Virus genome (UHGV): UHGV-0023958
DNA length: 64,000 bases
Reading direction: 5' to 3' (one strand)
Source of the DNA: a virus
Position numbers and translations under genes: made by a program. The notes beneath the pieces are model-generated. The model was not told the origin of the DNA. It saw only the letters and a program-made list of their open reading frames with translations, and did no database searches. Positions 1 through 9,393 of the stretch are shown here, piece after piece. The stretch's first letter is position 1, and each line of letters starts with the position of its first letter.

Positions 1-174
1 CAAGAAATTGACTTAACAAAAGAGGAAAGAAGAGCTTTGGTTGAAATTGATCTTTTGAAAGAAGAAGTCTTGTCAATTAAAAGAACGAAGACGGAAGCAG
101 GAAATATCCGTTATGGATTATCAAGCGAAAAAGAACGCCGTATGCATGGAATAAGTCGTGCACTTGTGGCATAA
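1..174 (+). CDS. 3' end of an upstream gene (5'-truncated at the window edge), product unknown. It may be the 5' exon of an intron-split gene.
   Basis: Frame 1 is open from the window edge to TAA at 172-174 (…EEVLSIKRTKTEAGNIRYGLSSEKERRMHGISRALVA*). No domain recognised. Confidence 0.4.
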   Translation, partial: QEIDLTKEERRALVEIDLLKEEVLSIKRTKTEAGNIRYGLSSEKERRMHGISRALVA

Positions 175-1830
175 TAAATAAACCACTCGATTAAATGAAA
201 TCTGATTGACTCGAAGTTCCAGAAGTGGATAACGAGGCGCAAGCGTAATGGTAGCGTGAGAGAGCAAGTGATTTCAGAGCATTTCGATGCTTGTGCAGTG
301 CTCCGAACTATACGATATAACAAGATGAAACGTATGAGAATGGCGGAAACGACCATTCATTATTATTAAATTTTACTTAAAGGATTTAGCATTTATGATA
401 GGAATATATAAGATTGAAAATATTGTAACTAAAAAATGTTATATCGGTCAATCTAAAGATATTTATCATAGATGGACTAAACATAAAACGGCATTAAGAT
501 CAAATACGCATTGTAATAGACATTTACAAAGTAGTTGGAATAAATATGGAGAAAATAGTTTTGATTTTTCTATTTTAAAAGTATGTAAATAGGAAGAGTT
601 GGATTGTTTTGAGAAATTATTTATACAAAAATATAATACTATTGAAAATGGATATAATTTGGATGCTGGTGGAAATGGAGTTCCTGGATTTAAACACACA
701 AAGGAACAATTGGAAAAAATGATAAAAATCCAAAATCCTTTTCCAGTATTACAATTTGATTTTTAGTTTAATTTAATTAAAGAATATTTGAGTGTTTCTT
801 AGGCATCGAAAGAAAACAAATATACCAAAGAATGTATTCTTAGGTGTTGTGAGCATACAAGAAAAGATAAATTATTTTATAAGGATTCATATTGGGTTTA
901 TAAATATGAATATGAAAACGATAATTTTTCATGGAAAAATTATTTGGGTGGAATTTGGTCATGTGAAAAGAAAATAAAAAATAAGAATACCAAAAGAAAT
1001 CGTAAAATAATACAATATTCTTTAAATAGAGAAGTAGTAAATATTTGGGAAACATTTAAAGATATAGAACAAGCTGGATTTACACGAAATCAAGTTTTAG
1101 ATATTTGCAATCATAGAAAAAATAAGAAAAATCATAAGGGATATTTATGGGCTTATGAAGATTATGATTTTTCCGATGGATATTTTGATAATCTCGAAAA
1201 GAAATACACATCTTCAATGATAAAAAGAATGAAGCAGGTGTTGGCAATAGATAAAAATAAAAATATTATAAGAATTTTTGTTTCAATTGCTGAAACTTGT
1301 GATTTTTTAGAAATAACACATAAAAAATTACAGACGATTATTAAAAATAGAAAATATATCAACAATATGTTTTTTGCTTTTGAAGATGATATTTGGTTTA
1401 ACTATATTGATGAAAGTGATTTAAATATGTATATTTCTGAATCTAAAAAGAAAAAAATATTTTTAAAAATTGATGATAATGGAAATATAATATCTAAATA
1501 TGATAGATTATTCTAGGCTGCAAATGAAAATAATGCAAGTTCTGCAAATATATGTAGGGCTGTTCAAAATCATAAAAAATGTGCAAATTTTTATTGGGAT
1601 GTAAAATTTATTAATAATTAACAAAAATAGGACGATAGAGCGTACTGTTTCGCAGCTTTCTGTTATTTGTTATCACAATTACGAAGAAAAGACGCTCTCG
1701 GCGGTAATGATGTAAAGCAAGATATGTCTGCTTTATATAAACACGCACCAGGACAAGTCAGTAAAGCATATAAGAAAAAAGTCAATCCATTTTTGGGTTC
1801 AAGAAATCCTTTTGCGAGGAGATATTAATT
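175..1830 (+). mobile_element. Putative group I intron carrying a GIY-YIG homing-endonuclease ORF. The alternative is a freestanding endonuclease with structured flanks.
   Basis: The flanks 175-394 and 1622-1830 are GC-enriched (about 40% against about 33% overall) on either side of the endonuclease ORF. An R-like element TTCAGAGCATTTCG lies at 273-286 and an S-like element AAGATATGTCTG at 1719-1730 (consensus AAGAUAUAGUCY). The two could form P7 (GA(G)CAU/AUGUC with a bulge). A frame stays open downstream to 1828, just before the next gene. Confidence 0.3.
395..1621 (+). CDS. GIY-YIG homing endonuclease (I-TevI/Seg-like) with C-terminal NUMOD-like DNA-binding repeats. It contains 4 in-frame TAG codons.
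   Basis: N-terminus GIYKIENIVTKKCYIGQSKDIYHRWTKH is the GIY-YIG signature. The TAG at 590 falls inside the conserved nuclease domain (…LKVCK-TAG-EELDCFEKLFIQKYNTIENGYNLDAGGNG). Further TAGs at 764, 800 and 1514, all in frame 2. The repeats IIQYSLNREVVNIWETFKDIEQAGFTRNQVLDICNHRK…KGYLWAYED and …ANICRAVQNHKKCANFYWDVKF match the NUMOD/IENR pattern. True stop TAA at 1619-1621. Confidence 0.75.
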
Positions 1831-1833
1831 AAG

Positions 1834-2211
1834 ATGTGTTTTGAATTATTTCTGGATTTAAGTAATGTAAAGTTAAGCGAAATAATGAAGATTAAATTTA
1901 TCGACAATATGATTGCAGATGATAGCAATTTATATATATGGTCAAATGACGAAAGTATCGATAAAAAGAAACTTTTGTCGAAATTAAAACGAATTGGAAT
2001 AACAGATGTATACTGTAAAGAGTTATCTTTAAAAGATGTTGATTGCAGAAACGATTTTGTTTCTACTTGGTTTCACGAACAGTATACAGAAAGTTATTTA
2101 AAGAAATTCGAATCAGAACATCAACGAGAATTGGTGGATATGCAAAAAAATATTCAAAAAGCAAAAGATCTTATAAAACAGAGAATTGCTTGCGAACAAA
2201 AAGAGGGATAA
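1834..2211 (+). CDS. hypothetical protein
   Basis: 125-aa ORF with GAGGAG upstream and a TAA stop. Confidence 0.4.
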   Translation: MCFELFLDLSNVKLSEIMKIKFIDNMIADDSNLYIWSNDESIDKKKLLSKLKRIGITDVYCKELSLKDVDCRNDFVSTWFHEQYTESYLKKFESEHQRELVDMQKNIQKAKDLIKQRIACEQKEG

Positions 2212-2312
2212 ATTCCCTCTGTATTAGGTATTGGTGTAAGTAGCACAAAACGGTTTTGGTCCAAATCCAAAATACCTATTCAAATTAATATAATAAAAAG
2301 GGAGGTCTGTAT

Positions 2313-4235
2313 ATGGCGAGTTCCAATAATACGGAGAAGAAGAAAGTCGGAAGACCTAAGAAAGTACAGGCTATACCTGTTGTAAATGAAGAAGAAAAGA
2401 AACTGCGTATGGAAGACAGTGGCGATGATTTTATTACTGTTGAAGATTTACGCAGAGATTTAACTTCTGTTTATCAAAAAGTTTATGGTTATTACACAAA
2501 GGAAGGCGTGCAAGGAAGTCTTGTAGATTGGAATAAATATAATCCGTTTTTGCAAGAAGACAGACTTAGACAGACTTTAACTGCACAGGGAAAGCAACTT
2601 AGTAAAGAAGATTTATATAAAGCGATATCAAATCCAGATGGTAGTGAAAATGCTTTACAGGGACAATCGTGGCAGGAGTCTTTTAATCAATATCTTTATT
2701 ATAAGATGATTAGAATGTCAGCAGATGTTCCTCTTTATAAGCATTATATTACACCAGAATATTTAGAAGCAAAAGATTATAACTCAAAAGATTTTAAAAA
2801 AGAAGATAAATATGTAAGAAAATGGGTTAAAACGTTTGATATTGTTAAAACATTAAAAACAACAGCCTTGGAAGTTAAACGCGCTGGTAAAGCGGCTTAT
2901 CTTCTTAGAAATAGCGTTGATTACGAAAAAGGGGAAGTAAATTATTGCACTTGGCAAAAGCTTCCAGATAATTTTATCAAGATTACTGGGATTGGAGAAA
3001 AGACGTATCTGGTAAGTTTAAATATGTTATTATTTTTAAATCCCGTCTTCTCGTTAGATTACTATCCTCCTTATATAAGAGATATTTTCGATGATATGAT
3101 CAACAAAGGGGTTATTTCTCCGAGTGAGTTTGGACCAAATGGAAACGTTGTGAGATATTCTTTAAACTCAGAAGAATTTTACGATTATAATAACGCAAAC
3201 GGTATCAAACAAATTGTTCGTATGGGGCGTAAAACAGATTATATGTTTTGGGTTCAATTACCGCAAGAAGTTTGTTATGTATTTTCATCAGATGCTTCTC
3301 ACCCTTGGAAGATTCCAGATACAACTGGACTTCTGGGGCAATTGAGAGAACTTTCGGACTATGCAACTTTGGCTGGTTTGATTGCAAGTACACCTTTAAC
3401 AGCGTTGCTTACTGGTGAAATTGAGCCGATTTCAGATGCTCGTCCTGGTGCAAACCAAAGTATTTTCGGTATTGAAGAAATTACTGGTGCCGTAAATAAC
3501 TTTAATGCCATTACATCAACAAACGTAGAAGCACTTGGCTTGCCTTTAAAAAATATTAAATTACAAAGTTTACCTTCGCAGCCAAACAGTTCTGATCTTG
3601 TTACAAAAGCTACACAGAACGTAATTACAATGGCTGGAATGGGTGGTTTGATTGCTGCAACAGATAAACCTTCTGTAGCACAAGTTAAAGCAGCACAATA
3701 TCTTGAAGAAGCGCAGGAAGATTATGTTACAAGACAGTTTGAATCTGTATTAAATTATATTATAAACCACTTTATTGGTTGTAAATACGAATGGAAATTA
3801 CATCTTTGGGGTGGTATATTTACATTCGGAGATGATGTGGCGCGTATGAAGGAGATGTGGCAAGGCGGTGCTACTTTCTTAATGCCGCGCATTGCTTCGG
3901 CATTTGATATGGATTTGCACGAAGTAAAAGCAACCGACGCATATATTAAATCGTTAAATGTTTATGATGACTTTGTTACAGTAACGCAACAAACCAGAGT
4001 AGATGTAAAAGGAAATGATGACTCTTCGACAAAAGAAAAGGTTGGGAGACCTTCTAAAACAGAATCAGAAATTGACAATGACAATACGGCAAAATCAATC
4101 GATCAAGGAACAAATACTGGCGATATGAGAGACTATGTAAAAATGTCATTGGAAAAAGGCAAGTGTGTAATTTGTGGCAATGATTCTGATGGAATTTTGT
4201 GCGAAGAATGTGCTGAAAAATATATGGAGGTTTAA
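2313..4235 (+). CDS. Putative portal protein (640 aa) with a C-terminal CxxC…CxxC zinc ribbon.
   Basis: GGGAGG ribosome-binding site. The size and the position upstream of the protease/scaffold and capsid genes suggest a portal. No diagnostic motif was seen, so the call rests on position. Confidence 0.4.
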   Translation: MASSNNTEKKKVGRPKKVQAIPVVNEEEKKLRMEDSGDDFITVEDLRRDLTSVYQKVYGYYTKEGVQGSLVDWNKYNPFLQEDRLRQTLTAQGKQLSKEDLYKAISNPDGSENALQGQSWQESFNQYLYYKMIRMSADVPLYKHYITPEYLEAKDYNSKDFKKEDKYVRKWVKTFDIVKTLKTTALEVKRAGKAAYLLRNSVDYEKGEVNYCTWQKLPDNFIKITGIGEKTYLVSLNMLLFLNPVFSLDYYPPYIRDIFDDMINKGVISPSEFGPNGNVVRYSLNSEEFYDYNNANGIKQIVRMGRKTDYMFWVQLPQEVCYVFSSDASHPWKIPDTTGLLGQLRELSDYATLAGLIASTPLTALLTGEIEPISDARPGANQSIFGIEEITGAVNNFNAITSTNVEALGLPLKNIKLQSLPSQPNSSDLVTKATQNVITMAGMGGLIAATDKPSVAQVKAAQYLEEAQEDYVTRQFESVLNYIINHFIGCKYEWKLHLWGGIFTFGDDVARMKEMWQGGATFLMPRIASAFDMDLHEVKATDAYIKSLNVYDDFVTVTQQTRVDVKGNDDSSTKEKVGRPSKTESEIDNDNTAKSIDQGTNTGDMRDYVKMSLEKGKCVICGNDSDGILCEECAEKYMEV

Positions 4236-4240
4236 TTATT

Positions 4241-4444
4241 ATGGGATGTAATCATAAAATTAATTCAAAAACTACCTCTATTCAAATTGAAAATGAATTT
4301 GCGACAATGACCACGCCGAGAATATATTTTGGATTTTGTCCGATTTGTGGTAAAGGTTTCAAATTTATAAAAGAAAATAATAAATATATTCAATTTAAAG
4401 AAGGAGGTATTGATGATTATGCAGATGTCCAAAGAGACTTATGA
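4241..4444 (+). CDS. Small zinc-ribbon protein (CPICG). It overlaps the next gene, so either could be the real one.
   Basis: GGAGG site and ATG at 4241, 67 aa. Confidence 0.3.
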   Translation: MGCNHKINSKTTSIQIENEFATMTTPRIYFGFCPICGKGFKFIKENNKYIQFKEGGIDDYADVQRDL

Positions 4445-4928
4445 CAAAATGAACTATTTGCTTGGAAAATCTTTTGATTGTAACGCTCAAACAGATAATT
4501 TTGCCTATAATATTGATTATGCAAGATATCCAGTTACCGCCGATATTTTTCATCATAGTTTTGCACACGAGTTTCCTGTTTTTGCAGATACAGTCTCAGA
4601 TTTAATGATTAGGTTAGATTCAAGACCGATTAGAAAGCAAATAAACGGATATGACAAAGATTATGAGGGTAATTTGGCTGCTATTTTTGCAGACAACCTT
4701 TTAATGTGTGAGACGTATAGACAAGATATTATCGACACAATCGAAGTTGCAGAGTTTAATGGGGATTATGAGGTAAAGATTAAACTGGAAGAATTTTTAC
4801 TTGGATTTGTTCCTTATAGAAAGCAAGCAGATATCTGGGCTGAAATGGCTAAGAGATACGAGGGTGATTATAAATCGTTCGAAGCGAGAATGGAAACCTT
4901 CACTACTTTTATAGAAATTAAAAAGTAA
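4413..4928 (+). CDS. hypothetical protein (head-module)
   Basis: AAGGAGG followed by ATG at 4413, TAA stop. Confidence 0.5.
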   Translation: MIMQMSKETYDKMNYLLGKSFDCNAQTDNFAYNIDYARYPVTADIFHHSFAHEFPVFADTVSDLMIRLDSRPIRKQINGYDKDYEGNLAAIFADNLLMCETYRQDIIDTIEVAEFNGDYEVKIKLEEFLLGFVPYRKQADIWAEMAKRYEGDYKSFEARMETFTTFIEIKK

Positions 4929-4945
4929 AGTGAGGGAAGTACATT

Positions 4946-5717
4946 ATGGCAGAGACGATTAAATTAATTATACAATACGGAATATACCCTGTCATGATGG
5001 CTGCTCTTATTATAGCGTTTTTATGTCTTAGTAAGAAAAACACAGAAAAAAATAATGTAGAAAATGCTCAAAATAATTTATAGTTGATGCAGTCGGCTGT
5101 AAAAGAAGGAATGAAAGATTTTGGAGATAATTTTAAAAGTGAATTGAGAGAAATTGTCGAAGAAGTGAAAAAACCAGCAATTCATACAGTGCAAGATGAA
5201 CAATGCAATCATGCTATAAATGAATATATAGACCAACAGCTTTCTTGCATTATAAGAGAAATTAAAGCAGATAGAGCTTTGTTCTTTTCTTATCATAATG
5301 GTGGTACTGATATTTTGGGAAGAGGTTTTCAAAAAATGTCAATTACCAACGAACAAGATTCCAGTTGGACTGCTCCTGTTATGGGTGATTTTCAAAATAT
5401 ACCCAGAACAATGTTCTCGATTTTGTTTAAAAATCTTGCTAAAAATAATATTTATTGCATTATGGATTTGAATGATATAAAAGAAGAGGATGGTGCTTCT
5501 TATCAATTATTCCAATCCCATAATGCAAAACAAATAATATGCCAGGCATTAAAAACAGAAGATGGTTTAATGGTCGGCTTTATTGTTGCTGAATTTATTA
5601 CGATTGGCTGCGCTGATTTGAATAGAGCAAAAGAAATTTTAAATAGAAAATCTTTAAGAATTACTGGTGCGTTATTAGGGCATTTAGGAGGTTAGGCTGA
5701 TGGAAAACGAGATTAAA
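4946..5717 (+). CDS. Membrane-anchored protein. An N-terminal transmembrane helix is fused through an in-frame TAG to a 203-aa domain.
   Basis: GAGGGAAG site and ATG at 4946. The sequence MAETIKLIIQYGIYPVMMAALIIAFLCL… runs in frame through TAG at 5081 into the ORF starting at 5084, which has no ribosome-binding site of its own. A second TAG sits at 5693 and the first true stop is TAA at 5715-5717. Confidence 0.45.
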
Positions 5718-7475
5718 ACGATGAAATTTGAGCTGAACTCCAAACAGCTCAAATACAGGGATATATTAAATAAAGAGTTCTTAGAACTTGAGGTTTGGGC
5801 TATTTCAGATATTAACCCGAACAGAAACAATAGTCACTTTACAAAAGAAAGTATGGAAAATGCGTTATCGACTTTTAAAAACAAACCAATTGTCGGCTTG
5901 TTTCAAAAAGATGATTTTGTTGACCATGCTGGAAAGATAGATTACGATAACGAATTACATAAACAGTTTTGGAACGTTGAAAGTGGTGAACGAATTCTTG
6001 GTGTAATTAGAGAAAGCGATCCTGTTGAACTTGTTGAAAAAGACGGCTTAAATTGGATTAAATTCAGATGTATTTTATGGGTTCAATATTGCTATAAACA
6101 AGTACGAAAATTATTAAAAGACAGAACAAAGAAAGTCTCTGTCGAAATCACAATCAAAAATTCGGAAGAAGATGAGAAAGGTGTGTTGCAAATTAACGAG
6201 TTTGTCCTTAACGGCGTAACAATTCTCGGTACAAAAAATGGACGAAAAGTAATAGAGGCTATTCCAGATGCTCACCTTTCAATATTAGAAGATTTGGAAG
6301 AAAATGAATCTTTTAATGAACAAAAGAAAATGTTGACATTTGCGTATCAACAAATTGATACGACAGATGATAATCAATATTATAATGAAGACAAGGAGGT
6401 AAAAATGGAAATGGGTTCTATTAAAGTTAATAAATCCAAAGAAGCTATGTCCGATAAAGACTGGGGTTCGGTAGATAAGACGGCTTTGAGAAAGAAAGTT
6501 GTTGAAGCCGAAAACTTTAAAGAAATCGCTGATGATATCTTTCTTGATCTTCGTGAAGGCTGGGAAGACGGTGAAGTTTCAAAGTTAAAATATCCAGTGA
6601 TGGAAATTAATGGCGATGAAGCTGTTTATAATCGCGGCGGTCTTGGTTCTGCTAAAGCTTATGCCGAAAAAAACAACGAAACAGAAGTTTTGTCAAAGCT
6701 TAAAAAGATTTATGAGCATCTCGGCTTGAACGAGGATGAAGAAGAATCTTATGCTTGCGAAGACTTCTGCGATGATTACGAAGAACAAAAACCCGCCGAA
6801 GAAGATGAAACGCAAAAGTGTTCGGAAGAGCCTGAAGCGGATAAACCAAAAGAGAGCGAAGAACAGTGCAGCGTTGTTTCCGAAGATGGTAAATGTTCTG
6901 CTGATGACGAGCATGACGATGATCATCACGACGATGATGACTGTGATGATTGCGATCCTGAAGGCAAACCAGAAGAAGAGTGTAAAATGAGTGAAGAAGA
7001 AATTTGTGAACTTAAAAAAAAATGTTCTTCTTATGAGGAAAATCTTTGTAAATTACAGGAAAAATGCGAAGCTTACGAGAAAGAACTTTGCGAGTGCAGA
7101 GAAAAGCTCGAAGGTTGCAAAGATTACGAAGATATTAAATCTCGTTTGAGCACTGCCGAAGGAAAACTTTTCGACATTTTCTGCAAAGAGATGGTTGCCG
7201 CCGCAGAAGAAATGATGGCTGGCAAAATGCTTATTGACGAAGATAAAGAAGAAATTAAAATGAAAGCTTCCAAGGGCGAATATGCTTCGAAAGAAGAAAT
7301 TGCCCGCGCTGTTGGATATGCTATGTTTAAAGCAGCTCCAATGGGACAGAAAGAAGAAAAGAAAGATGGGTGCTATGCAATGCCCGTTTACTCGCCTTTT
7401 GAAACAACGGTTGAACCGAAGAAAGAAAAGACGAGATCAGAAAGACTTGCTAAATATGCAGGTATTAAAGAATAA
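5700..7475 (+). CDS. Prohead protease (HK97 S78/U35-like N-terminal domain) fused to an acidic, Cys-rich coiled-coil scaffold-like C-terminal region.
   Basis: N-terminal pattern …NPNRNNSHFTKESMENALSTFKNKPIVGLFQKDDFVDH…ILGVIRE…EKDGLNWIKF resembles prohead proteases. The C-terminus is D/E/H-rich (DDEHDDDHHDDDDCDDCD) with a periodic Cys/coiled-coil stretch. It lies immediately upstream of the capsid gene. Confidence 0.5.
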   Translation: MENEIKTMKFELNSKQLKYRDILNKEFLELEVWAISDINPNRNNSHFTKESMENALSTFKNKPIVGLFQKDDFVDHAGKIDYDNELHKQFWNVESGERILGVIRESDPVELVEKDGLNWIKFRCILWVQYCYKQVRKLLKDRTKKVSVEITIKNSEEDEKGVLQINEFVLNGVTILGTKNGRKVIEAIPDAHLSILEDLEENESFNEQKKMLTFAYQQIDTTDDNQYYNEDKEVKMEMGSIKVNKSKEAMSDKDWGSVDKTALRKKVVEAENFKEIADDIFLDLREGWEDGEVSKLKYPVMEINGDEAVYNRGGLGSAKAYAEKNNETEVLSKLKKIYEHLGLNEDEEESYACEDFCDDYEEQKPAEEDETQKCSEEPEADKPKESEEQCSVVSEDGKCSADDEHDDDHHDDDDCDDCDPEGKPEEECKMSEEEICELKKKCSSYEENLCKLQEKCEAYEKELCECREKLEGCKDYEDIKSRLSTAEGKLFDIFCKEMVAAAEEMMAGKMLIDEDKEEIKMKASKGEYASKEEIARAVGYAMFKAAPMGQKEEKKDGCYAMPVYSPFETTVEPKKEKTRSERLAKYAGIKE

Positions 7476-7591
7476 TTGTTAAAACATAAAGCGGTTATAA
7501 ATTATAATCGTTTTTTTAAATTTGTTTTCTATGCGTGGATAAGCTACGCGTGAAAATATTATAAAATATATTTTATAAGGAGAAAGAAATT

Positions 7592-8152
7592 ATGGCTATT
7601 AAAGTTTTTGCTTGTGCTGAAATGGCTTCTGAAGATGTTCAGAGCTATTGCGTAAGTGCTAAATTCTATGCCGACGATGCGTATGCGAAAATCCACGACG
7701 GTGCGCTCGTTGTTCTTGGCGATCTTGACACAAATGATGCGTATGGTACGCCCGACTACAATATCTACAAGGCTACTAAACCCACTGCTGCTGCAGACGA
7801 GGTTGTTATCGTTGACCTTGCTGGTATCAACGAAGCGACGGTCCAGGGCAACATCATGAAGATTGGTAACAAGCTTGTTGATCTTGAAGCTGGTGAAGGT
7901 ATTGCGGTTCGTTGCCGTAGACTTATTAAGGGTGATAGAATGTGGATGGGCAGAGGCCTCTTTACAGCTGCTCCCACCGTTGGTCAGTTTGCTGGTACGA
8001 CAGCAAATAACACGTTGCTTACTCCCAGCCAGGATGCTCCTGCAGCTGGTCTTAAACTCAAAGTGCTTGCTTCCAAAGGTCTTACCGTTGGTCAGTCGGC
8101 TTATGCGGAAGGTGCTGGTTACGAACAGCTTTACCTCTGCGAAGTAAAATAA
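7592..8152 (+). CDS. Putative head decoration or auxiliary capsid protein.
   Basis: Elevated GC and codon bias suggest a highly expressed structural gene. It sits between the scaffold and the capsid gene. AAGGAGA site. Confidence 0.35.
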   Translation: MAIKVFACAEMASEDVQSYCVSAKFYADDAYAKIHDGALVVLGDLDTNDAYGTPDYNIYKATKPTAAADEVVIVDLAGINEATVQGNIMKIGNKLVDLEAGEGIAVRCRRLIKGDRMWMGRGLFTAAPTVGQFAGTTANNTLLTPSQDAPAAGLKLKVLASKGLTVGQSAYAEGAGYEQLYLCEVK

Positions 8153-8171
8153 TTTAAGGAGGTAAACTATT

Positions 8172-9257
8172 ATGATGACTATGTTTAATTATAATCGTAA
8201 AGATGCAGATTTCAACGAAATTATCGATGAGTGCCTTGCATTGTTCAACGAAAACATCGAAGGTCAGTCCTCTGACTATAAAGAAAGAAACAAAATCCTC
8301 AACGCTGCGATTGCGAAGTATGCTGTAAGCGGTACTCGTTTCGAATCTATGTTCGAAGAAAAGGGCGTTGAAATTTTCAAAGATCCTCGCGTTACGAAAA
8401 ATGCAGAAGTTCGTGACAACTACAACGTTGTTGTTTCCGAATATATTAACTCCGCACTTCCTTCCGTTACGTCAAAGCTTTACAACCAGTTCTTCGCGGA
8501 AATCCGTCAGGTTGGTTGGGGTGAAACAGCGAAATTCGAAGTTACTTCGAACGAGCTTTATCAGGTAAACGAAGTTGCTGAAGGTGTAAACCGTGGCGTT
8601 CTTCAGCCCATCTATAACAACGAATTCACTGTAAACTGCAAAGTTACAGAGGTTGCGGCTGCTATTGATTGGTATCCTGTTGCTGCTGGTGTGTTCGATT
8701 GGGGTGATTTCGGCCGTCGTTACACGATGTCCTTCCAGAGCTACATCCAGTTGAAGATCATGAAGGCTCTTACTGCTGCTACGAATCAGATCGGTGCGGC
8801 TTATCAGGCTGCTGGTATTGATACAGCTAACTGGACGAATATTGTTGACAGAGTATCTGCGGCGAACGGCGGTATGCCTGTTGTTGCGCTTGGTACCCTT
8901 GCAGCTCTTAACAAAGTAATCCCTTCAACTGTTGGTCTTCAGTATGGTCTTGGCAGCGAAATCGTTAAGGAAGGTAAGCTTGATCGTTATCTTGCTACCG
9001 AACTTATCGCTATCGATCAGGCTATGGTTCCTGGCACTGTAAATACAACAGCACAGCTTTTGCTTCCTACGAACAAGATTTATTTCATCGCTCGTGGTGC
9101 ATACAAGCCTGTTAAGGTTGTATTCGAAGGTGCAAGCTCCGTTGTTGAAGCTATTCCCGATGAGTGCACAGATAGACAGTACAAGATTCGTATTCAGGAA
9201 CACGTTGGTGTTGATGCCGTTGTTGGTTCGAAATTCGGCACGATTACCCTTGCGTAA
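8172..9257 (+). CDS. Putative major capsid protein (361 aa).
   Basis: AAGGAGG site, strong codon bias, a size typical of HK97-fold capsid proteins, and position after the protease/scaffold. Confidence 0.5.
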   Translation: MMTMFNYNRKDADFNEIIDECLALFNENIEGQSSDYKERNKILNAAIAKYAVSGTRFESMFEEKGVEIFKDPRVTKNAEVRDNYNVVVSEYINSALPSVTSKLYNQFFAEIRQVGWGETAKFEVTSNELYQVNEVAEGVNRGVLQPIYNNEFTVNCKVTEVAAAIDWYPVAAGVFDWGDFGRRYTMSFQSYIQLKIMKALTAATNQIGAAYQAAGIDTANWTNIVDRVSAANGGMPVVALGTLAALNKVIPSTVGLQYGLGSEIVKEGKLDRYLATELIAIDQAMVPGTVNTTAQLLLPTNKIYFIARGAYKPVKVVFEGASSVVEAIPDECTDRQYKIRIQEHVGVDAVVGSKFGTITLA

Positions 9258-9259
9258 GC

Positions 9260-9288
9260 TTAAAATTGCTTGACAATACAAAAATAAT
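9260..9288 (+). promoter_or_regulatory. sigma-A type promoter: TTGACA, 17-nt spacer, TGaTATAAT
   Basis: -35 at 9260-9265 and an extended -10 at 9280-9288. It drives the endonuclease cassette. Confidence 0.55.
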
Positions 9289-9393
9289 ATGATATAATAT
9301 AGATGTTCTTGGTGGGACAGGGACGGCCATCCTTTCTGTGTGCCACAACATGCAGATTACCACCTTGAAACATTTGCCTTTGTGGAGGTTATT

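Noticed and set aside
6693-7482. Overlapping small ORFs on both strands inside the scaffold region (6693-6929 minus, 6736-6990 plus, 7282-7482 plus)
   Set aside because: They are by-products of the GAA/GAT-rich acidic repeat region, and the 591-aa frame is the coherent one.
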